64,000 bases of DNA from Octopus sinensis (Eukaryota). How positions within the stretch are numbered: the first letter of the stretch is position 1; each line of letters opens with the position of its first letter. Shown piece by piece: positions 54,667 through 64,000 of the stretch. The translations under genes and the position numbers were made by a program. A model generated the notes under the pieces. The model saw nothing but the letters and a program-made list of their open reading frames with translations. It made no database searches and had not been told where the DNA came from. The stretch covers positions 23,605 to 87,604 of the forward strand of contig NW_021835978.1 in the NCBI RefSeq assembly GCF_006345805.1, written 5' to 3'.

Positions 54667-55163
54667 AGGCGTCGCACAGTATACAATATCGTGAGGTTGT
54701 TGATGAGAGATACTGTGTCTACCGGGGGTTTATACTGTTTATCAAGTCACAACAAGGACCTCAGACATACAGGACACGAATATGCATGCAGTTCCTAGTA
54801 ATGCCGACTTTTGCAATACATCTAGATTGTAGGGTATCACTAAGGTTTTCAGAATTTTTTTTCAGATTGGATGATATACTCCAATAACAATAGGGATAAC
54901 CTTTATGTTTGACTCTCTTAGCTACCACATCTTAGCGATCCCAATTCTCAGGTCTCCATATTTATCAACCTTTTCTCTTTCTTTCATGATAATATGTTGA
55001 TCTCCTGACACTGCTACGTCAATTATTAGGCACTCTTGTTTGTCCCTCCTAAAAGTTACTATATCCGGCCTTCGATGCTCTAACACTTTGTCTGTCTGGA
55101 AATCAAAGTCCCAGTGGATTTTCGCCTTCCCCATTCCGCTCATTACCTTTTCTGGTCTATGCT
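54667..55163 (-). mobile_element. R4/Dong-type non-LTR retrotransposon 3' fragment 3
   Basis: ORF 54922-55143 WDFDFQTDKVLEHRRPDIV...CLIIDVAV...EKVDKYGDL (REL PD-D-K motif), continuing VIPIVIG...LQKSALLGTA. Confidence 0.9.
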
Positions 55164-55174
55164 TTATTATTATT

Positions 55175-55380
55175 AAGGCGGTGGGCTGGCAGAATCGCTA
55201 GCGCGTTGAAGGAAATGCTTCGCAGTATTTCGCTCATCGCTACATTGTGAGTTCAAATTCCACCGAGGCCGACTTTGCCTATCATTCTTATGAGATCGAT
55301 AAAATAAGTACCATTTGAACACCGGGGTCGATGTAACCGACAAGTCTCCTCCTCCCAAATTACTGTCTTTGCGGTAAGAT
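55175..55380 (+). mobile_element. SINE family B
   Basis: aaggcggtgggctggcagaatcg...gagttcaaattccaccgagg. Confidence 0.85.
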
Positions 55381-55392
55381 TTCAAATCACTA

Positions 55393-55426
<34 letters not shown>

Positions 55427-55439
55427 GATATATCATTAC

Positions 55440-55890
55440 GACTGTGGCTGGTAAGACGCTCGCTTCACAACCACGCGGTCCCTGGTTCAGTCTCACTGCG
55501 TGGAATTTTTGGCAAATGTCTTTTATAACACTGCACCGACCAAAGACTTGTGAATGTATTTATCAGACGGAAACTGAAAGAAGCCCGTTATGCACACACA
55601 TACACACACACACACGCACACATACGCGCGCACACACACATATATTATATATATACATACATACACACTCACATATATATATGAGTGTGTATGTGCATGT
55701 GTTAGACCGTTTTATTTTGTTAGTCTCATCATGTCGGTTGCCAACCGTTGTTGGTTTGGTTAGGTCCTCGCAAATTCGCGACTCGGCACACCTAACGATC
55801 AAATAATTACCAGGCTTATAAAACAAATGTTGGGGTCAATTCATTCGACTAAAGCATTTGAAAGTGGTGCTCCAGCATGGCAGCATGTAA
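55440..55890 (+). mobile_element. SINE family A, diverged
   Basis: gtggctggtaag...gacggaaactgaaagaagcccg...ggtgctccagcatgg. Confidence 0.7.
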
Positions 55891-56399
55891 AATTAGAAGA
55901 TAAAAGAGTACAGAAAGATATTTGGCTCTCTTCCCAACTCAATTTACTGTTTGATGAAATTATAATCTACGTTAATTATTGACGAAGAATTCATTTAAGT
56001 ACTTAGTAACCATAATAATTTCAGCACGGACTTTGTTCCTAAACTGTGAATATTGAGAAGACAAACTCTAATTTGAAATGAACAAAGAGACCAGTTTATT
56101 ACACGGGCATTGGTAATATAGCCAGTAAGAGAAACAGTAATGATATGGGAGAATTTTCAAAGGTTCAACACATAGCCTGTGGTACTTGGTGTTGCGTAAA
56201 TAAAAGCGACGTAGTAATCTTTTTTATTATAAAGCAAACTTCCCTTCTATGAAAACACAAAGAAATTAAGAAGTGAAAAAGATAGTAAACATTCAGACTC
56301 AACACACATACAAACACATACATGACTTAAAGCTGAAAATATATACATAAGAGTGTATGACTGTACGAGTGAATGTGTATATATAATATATATAATTTT

Positions 56400-56790
56400 T
56401 TTTCTTTTACTTGTTTCAGTCATTTGACTGCGACCATCCTGGAGCACTGCATTTAGTCGAATACATCGACCTCAAGACTTATTCTTTGTAAGCCTAGTAC
56501 TTATTCTATCGGTCACTTTTGCCGAACCGCTAATTTTCGGGGACGTAAACTCACCAACATCGATTGTCAAATGATGGTGAGGGGACAAACACCGACACCC
56601 AAATACATACGTACATGCATATATATGACGGATTTCATTCAGTTACCGTCCACAAAATCCACTCACAAGGGTTTGGTCGGCCCGAGACTATAGTAGAAGA
56701 CATTTCTCCAAAGTACCACGCAGTGGGACTGAACCCGGAACCTCGTGGTTAGGAGGCAAGCGTCTTACCACACAGCCACTCCTGCGCCGA
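56400..56790 (-). mobile_element. SINE family A, full length
   Basis: Reverse consensus ending ccacacagccactcctgcgcc. Confidence 0.92.
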
Positions 56791-57000
56791 TACATATATA
56801 CATACATATACATACATACATACATACATACATACATACATACGTGTATATATATTCACATATGGATGTATATATGAAATAAAAATAATCTAGATATGTG
56901 ATTCTAAATATATACAACCATACGCATACGTTTGTATACTTATGTTTATTTAATTCCTTATACATATACATAAATACATACATACATACATACATACATA

Positions 57001-57194
57001 ACGGGAAGCTTTATGAAATAAACAAAGACGAAGGCAGGTGGAAACAAACGAACAATTGTATTAGTATGGCGCTCAGGAAATATAATAAAACAAGTCTTTA
57101 CGTTTCGAGCCTACGCTCTTCAACATAAAGATACACAGAGAGAGAAACACAGAAAGAAGGAGAGAAAAAAAAGCGTGCAGAGCTAACGAATCAT
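57001..57194 (-). mobile_element. Family P1 short repeat with hammerhead-like motif (57094-57131), within (CATA)n
   Basis: Minus strand tcttt-atgttgaa-GAGC gtag GCTC-GAAAC-GTA-aagac. Confidence 0.65.
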
Positions 57195-57942
57195 ACATAC
57201 ATACATACATACATACATACATACATACATACATACATACATTCAAGTATCTATGCTCGTGTGTATATAGAAATATAACATAGAAGGTTTTATACCAGAT
57301 TTCTGCTTTTGCAAGTTCTTTGTCTGATTGGTCAGTTATAAACAGCGGGCGACACCAAAGCATTTCTGCTGACAAAATGCTTTACATCTTAAGTAAAACG
57401 TAACAAGTTTTAAACAAGCAGCTATTATCTATTTGTTACATATACACTTTAGGGAGCACAGGAATACAGCGGCCATCTTCGTTTGTTAAAATACATCTTG
57501 ACAGCTCTCAGAAAACGGAATTTATAGATTTTTCTATTGAGACTTTCGATGGAAACTTTGGTAGCTTACATATTAATAACACCATATTTATTAGAAGTCT
57601 ACATAGCACATATTAGCAATCGCCATGAGACTCTCTCGCCTGTCAGCTGTTCATTGTATTATTTGAATACTGCAGCCGACATATTCTTGTCAAACTGTTT
57701 TCTGCGCATGTCATATTGATTTTGGTGTCGTTTGCAGTTTACATGCCACTTCAAATATTTCAGATAAGGATTTTGTCTTAATATGGAACAAAGCTATTTG
57801 CTTACGAATTTACATTTTTGAGCAGCACTTCATATCACTCTCTCAAGTATACACAAACGCACACACGTACAAACATAGAAATGCGAACGCATACACACAC
57901 GCGCACACGCATATATACATACATATATGTATATATATTTTA

Positions 57943-58017
<75 letters not shown>

Positions 58018-58529
58018 TATATATATACGTATATATATTTTTTTATATCAAAAACAAAACGTATATTATAAATATATATATAATTTTTGACTATGTATAT
58101 GTGTGTATGTATGTATATATGTGTGCATATAAGTAAATATATATGTCTTTGGAAGAACGAAAACCTTCACACAAGAGTAGCGGCAAAAGAACTCTACCAA
58201 GTATTCTAAAGGCTAAAAGATAAAACTTAATGATTTGCCATGGTGTATTGAACACTGTTTGTCTATTTATTTATACACCCTGACGTGTATACATTCGTAC
58301 TTATATGCAAACATATATAACATCTTACTTACATACAGCCTATGAATACATATATAAATATAATACATATAATCTATTATACATATATACAAAAATGTAT
58401 ATAAATGCTTATATATTAACATAATATATATATATGTGTGTGTGTATGTATATATATGTGAGTGTGTGCGTGCATGTATGTAAATATATATATATATATA
58501 TATATAATGTGGGTGTGTGTATATATCTT

Positions 58530-58737
58530 TTATTCTTTTACTTGTTTAAGTCATGTGATGTGGCCATGCTGGAGCACCGCATTTAGTCGAGCAAATCGAC
58601 CCTAGGACTTATTCTTTGTAAGCCTAGTACTTATTCTATCGGTCCCTATTGCAAAACCGCTAAATTATGGGGACGTAAACACACCAGTATCGGTTGTCAA
58701 GCGATGTTGGGGGGGGGGACAAACACAGACAACACAT

Positions 58738-58772
<35 letters not shown>

Positions 58773-58912
58773 ACATATATTTACGACAGGCTTCTTTCAG
58801 TTTCCGAGGCTATAGCAGGCTATAGTAGAAGACACTTGCCCAAGGTGCCACGCTATGGGACTGAACCCGAATCATGTGGTTCGCAAGCAAGCTACTTACC
58901 ATACAGCCACTC

Positions 58913-58915
<3 letters not shown>
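58530..58915 (-). mobile_element. SINE family A with internal deletion
   Basis: Reverse consensus. Confidence 0.9.
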
Positions 58916-58973
<58 letters not shown>

Positions 58974-59181
58974 GATATATTTATATATATATATATATAT
59001 GATATATGTATGTGTGTATATATACATACATATATATACATATATATATTATATATATTATGATATATGTGTGTGTAATATATATAATATATTATATATA
59101 TATATACATATATATTTATACTCACACATATATCATATATATATATGTGTATACACACACACACATACACACACCACACAA

Positions 59182-59218
<37 letters not shown>

Positions 59219-59269
59219 ATATATATATATATGTCATATATTCTTCTCTTCTTTTGTTCTTTTATATGT

Positions 59270-61568
59270 GCCAGCCCTCCAGTATCTGCCATACATATAT
59301 CACTGCGTACCTCCCCAGGACGTAAAGTCGTAGCTCTTTCGGTCTCTCCCACTAGCTCGGTTTTCAACTGATTCAATCTTCCTCGTGTGGCATCGCTGAA
59401 TCGACTCAAGTTCTGCTATTAATCCTACAATATAAGGTGACAGGAGTTGAGAGCAGTAGTCCAGAAGGCTTAGGACAAATGTCCTCCATAGGCCCAGCAT
59501 AGTTTCTTGGTCCCTTGTTCTGAAGGTTCTCAGAATCCATCCTGTCATTCGCCTGCACACTGCCACCGTCTTGGTGACATGCATGTGAAACAAGCATCAT
59601 TGCTCATATCAATCCCAAGATCACGCACCGCATGTGATTCTAAGATTTCCGAAGCTTTTGGCCCAAAGTATCGTTGTTGTGACTTCTGAACACCAATTAG
59701 CAGAGGGGTTGGAATTTGCCTATATTAAATTGCATGTTGTTCTCTTCAGCCCATTTATATACGGCATCTAGGCCTTTCTGTAGAAGATTAGCATCAGAGG
59801 TTTCCTTCACTGCTTGTACTACTTTTGTATCGTCGGCATAGTAAGTAAGCGTGGCTATCTGTGCAATTGATAGCATGTCTGAAAGAGCCACTATGAGCAG
59901 TAGTGGCCCCAATACAGTTCCTTGAGGTGCTCCACTTTCTATTAATGTCTCCGTGGAGTGGGCACCGTTGGCTTCTACAACCTGGCTTCTGTCTTTTAAG
60001 AAGTCATGCAATCACTCTCCAATTTTCCCAGTTATGCCAAGTCTCCATAATTTGTGACATATCATCCCATGACCAAACTTATCAAAGGCCTTTGCAAAGT
60101 CAAGATATATCACATCTATATTTCACTGATTCATTAATTGTTTTAACACCCAGTCATAGTGTTGCAAAAGCTGTGTAAGGCAGCTTCAGGGTGTCAGGAA
60201 GCAAGTCTTTATCTTCAAGAAATGAAATTAGTTTCTTCCTAACAATGCGCTCCACGACTTGGCTCACATGAGAATTTTGTGAGACAGGCCTATAATTCTT
60301 AGCGTCTGCTCGGCTACATCCCTTATCAATAGGGCATATAATGACTTCCTTTAACATTTTGGGAAGTCTCCCTATTGTGAGGAATTTCTCGGTGAGCCAT
60401 TTTCCTCAAATAGTGGCCCTATTTTGTACTGTACTGAAGCAGCTTCTTTTTCATATCGATAGAAGGTTTTAGGGGTTGTCTTAATATTTTTGACAGCCCT
60501 AGCCTCTTTTTCTGCCCTCTCCTCATGGAAGCGTTTGAGTTCATTTTCAATCTCGAGCAATGTTCGATGAGGTAGGATTGTTTGTCATCCTTTAGTGACC
60601 CATTTAGACGATTTGAGGTTTTTGCTCGTCGTCTCATTAGAATCCTCCTGTCTAATATATTTTTTCTGCTGGCTTGGCATTCTTTCTGGAGCAAACTTAC
60701 TGCAGATGTCCCGCATGATTTTCATAACGTGTTGTAGCTTCATGTCAATGTCTTCTGCGGAGAGACTGGCAGACCAGTTATATTCCATGCCCTCTTTCTC
60801 GATACCCTTCGAATCTTTGTGAAAGTTCAGGCTGGAGAGGAGTTGGGAGCTTCAAGAAGACTGCATGTCTGTAGTCTTCCGGGGACCATACATTGTTAGT
60901 TCTATTCAGTTACGGTCCGAGACAATCGTCGCTGTCACCCCAAAATTATAGATGAGCGCCGTCCGTGTTGTTTGTAAAACAGAGATCCAGGGCATTTTCC
61001 CCCTTGTTGGGTGGAGCACTATTTGCTCCATAAAGAGCATGTTAGTGAGGTCAAGAAGAGATTTTGCATGCCTCAGGACTTGCCGCGATATACCTGAGAG
61101 AATGTGACCCTCAGGCCATTTGACGTAATGGAGGTTGAAATCCCCTAAAAGAAGTATGTGCAGGCTGCCATTCAGGTTGGTTAATACTTCTTTCATTTCT
61201 TGGGGGCTCTCTTTAAATGAATCCCCATGATTTGGAGCATCTGGTGGGCTATACATCGTACATATTACTAGTTTCATCTGTTTAATGTATACCACCAGTT
61301 GTCACAGACTGAGTTTTGAGTGTGACAGCAGGACCACAGGCGTGACATCTTCCCGATATACATTGCCACTCCACCATGAGTGGCTTTCTCCTCCTGTCAG
61401 TTCGAAACACACAACATACCCTGGTATGTGTATCTCAGCATCTGATACGTCCCATCAGATTTGTTTCTGCTAGTGACACACATATTGGCTTGATTACATG
61501 CAACTAAGTCTCTCAGGTACTGTGTTTTAATGTTTTGGGACGTTACGAGGCCCCTGATGTTAAGAAAG
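59270..61568 (-). mobile_element. Decayed CR1-group (CR1/L2/Crack/Daphne-like) LINE ORF2: APE endonuclease plus RT
   Basis: LNIRGL... start; YSPPD...LLGDFNL; KNYRPVS..SHVSQVVERIV; SGAPQGTVLGPLLL...YADDTK...WAEENNMQFN..K; GWILRTFRTR...LDYCSQL; many stops, frameshifts and deletions. Confidence 0.92.
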
Positions 61569-61570
61569 AA

Positions 61571-61624
<54 letters not shown>

Positions 61625-61635
<11 letters not shown>

Positions 61636-62460
61636 AAATATTAGGGAATAAATCCAAACTTACAGAGGGAAAATCAGATTTAGGATTGAATCCAATTTTA
61701 TATAAAATATTATATTATATTAAATTAGAGATAAAACCACTATTAGGCAAATCATACAATGAAAACTTAAGCCAATACATAAGATTATTAATTTATATTA
61801 TTTAAATATATAACAAAATTATTAAAAAAAATATATAATTAATTAAATATTTTTAAAATAATTTTGTTATATATTTAAATAATATAAATTAAATAATCTT
61901 ATGTATTGGCTTAAGTTTTTCATTGTATGATTTGCCTAATAGTGGTTTTATCTCAAATTTATATCCGCAGGAATTATTCACTGCAGTCCTTCGCTTCATG
62001 AGTCTCTCAGCGCGCCCAGAACCAAGACATTTGAAATTTTATTCCCGATGTAATCAGTAAGACTAGCACGTGTGTGTCTTGACACAGAGAGCTGGGGTTA
62101 GTCTTGCAGTTTGCATCACGAGGACCGAATGTACTGAAGAAGTCACGGAATTTGAATTATGCAAGTAATTCTTTTGTTAAGACCGAACCGAGTATGCATT
62201 TAAAGTCTGTTATTTATTTAATTTTTCATATGTCCTGCCCGCCAAAGTTGGTTTCTGGTGTTCGCTGAATTCTTCCTCTAGAGAATTTCCCTTGTAGTTT
62301 GATCGTTGATGATTTCTTCTAGCATTCTGGCCGGCTACCTACCAGGCCAGCCCTGCCAATATACACATATATTTGAATTTTCTCTGACTCCTCAGATTTT
62401 TGAATGCTGGACTACTGGTTTTAAATTGATATTAAAATTAATATTAATTTATCTCCCTCA

Positions 62461-62462
<2 letters not shown>
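61625..62462. mobile_element. (TA)n-flanked non-coding element with a ~240-bp palindrome (61721-61961) and a degenerate hammerhead (62127-62201, +)
   Basis: gagataaaaccactattaggcaaatcatacaatgaaaac...taagccaatacataagattatt mirrored at ~61850-61955; gaatgta-CTGAAGA-agtc[36 nt]gacc-GAAC-cga-GTA-tgcattt. Confidence 0.65.
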
Positions 62463-62513
<51 letters not shown>

Positions 62514-63019
62514 ATATATATTAATATTATATTATATATATATATATATTATAAGGAAAAGAGATGAATAAATGATAGCATGTCAGTTTGTGCTATAATG
62601 TTCAGTGGCATGTCATTGTATTCATAATTTGTGTATTAGGTCATGGAGCACGCCCGAAGAAAAATTCCTTTCAAAACTTCTCCAACGTGTAAGATAACAA
62701 ACAAGAAATTAATTTCTCCTATGAGGGAAAAGATAGTGCATACTGTCGCGAAAAATTAGTGTTTATACAACGGATTTTTACGTAATGAGAAAGATAAGTA
62801 AACACATGATATCTATCTGCACTTAATGAGTATTCTGCAGAGGCTTCACCCTGTTTATTATGCGAGTGTTTCTTAGAGCGTTTGGTAATGTAAACAACTT
62901 CAGCGATGAACTTGAGAAGCCAAAGAGGATAGAACTAATTACAAAATGAAAATTACAAGCAATTAATGGAATTGTAAATTTATAGAAAACATTCCACGAG
63001 ATTAGTCTTTACTAGGCTA

Positions 63020-63365
63020 GGTTTATATATGTGTGTGTATATATATATATATATGTGCATATATATATATGTGCGTAGTTATTAATATATATATATATAT
63101 ATATATATATCTACAAGCACATACATCTACAAGCGTAGAGATGTTCGAAAATGTGTATGTGCACACATACATTGGAAAAGTCATACAGGTTCATTCATAA
63201 TTCAACATCCATACATGCATACATATATGTAGGTATATATATATATATATGTATGTATGTGTGTGTGTGTCTGTGTGGTTGTGTACGTTTATGTGATTTC
63301 ATACGTTCAGGATTACACAGTTGACATGAAAATCTCAGTGCACAGGCAACTATATATACGCACTA

Positions 63366-63402
<37 letters not shown>

Positions 63403-63736
63403 CATATATACATACATATATACATACATATATATATATGCATATATATGTACATATACACATATATATGTGATGATATATATTATTTCTTTATTTACAT
63501 GATTGACTGCACGCATGCAAACATGCACGAAGATATTCCTATAGAAATTTATTCGTATGCTAATGTGCTAACATACTCGTATGCAAATATATATACGCCT
63601 ACACATTCATACACACAAACAGGCATATATATATATATATAATATATATATATATATATTCTTCAATAAATGAAAGACATAGAATACTTATACATACATT
63701 CACATACATACATACATGCATGCATACATATATACA

Positions 63737-63770
<34 letters not shown>

Positions 63771-64000
63771 CATACATATATACATACATACATACATACA
63801 TACATACATACATACATACATACATACTTACGCGTACATACGTATATATCTGTTGCGTGCAAAGGTGCATGCATATACATACGTACAAAGTATGCCAGGC
63901 ACTGATGCAGAAACATGCGCATGCAATGCATACAAACAGAAATACATGCCAAAATAAATACATACATGCGTGCATGTATACATACATATACACATTTATA
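63020..64000. repeat. (TA)n/(CATA)n-rich low-complexity region
   Basis: Directly visible. Confidence 0.85.

Overview
AT-rich, microsatellite-saturated eukaryotic DNA with no recognisable host gene. The three tRNA-derived SINE families and the repeat landscape resemble an octopus (coleoid cephalopod) genome, which is an inference from recalled repeat sequences. Nearly all listed ORFs are simple-repeat artefacts. Recognisable content: about 30 SINE copies; a 5'-truncated Penelope-like element (RT C-terminus plus GIY-YIG) with inverted pseudo-LTRs; a decayed CR1-group LINE; RTE relics; three R4/Dong-type restriction-like-endonuclease LINE 3' ends inside (TAA)n; mariner relics; and a ~1.9 kb tandem duplication. 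The most notable signal is about a dozen type I hammerhead-ribozyme (HHR) motifs from at least six sequence-unrelated families, including one canonical copy and a U3-A8 covariant. Most lie in short non-coding, often foldback, elements inserted into (TA)n or (CA)n tracts. All folds were assigned by eye.
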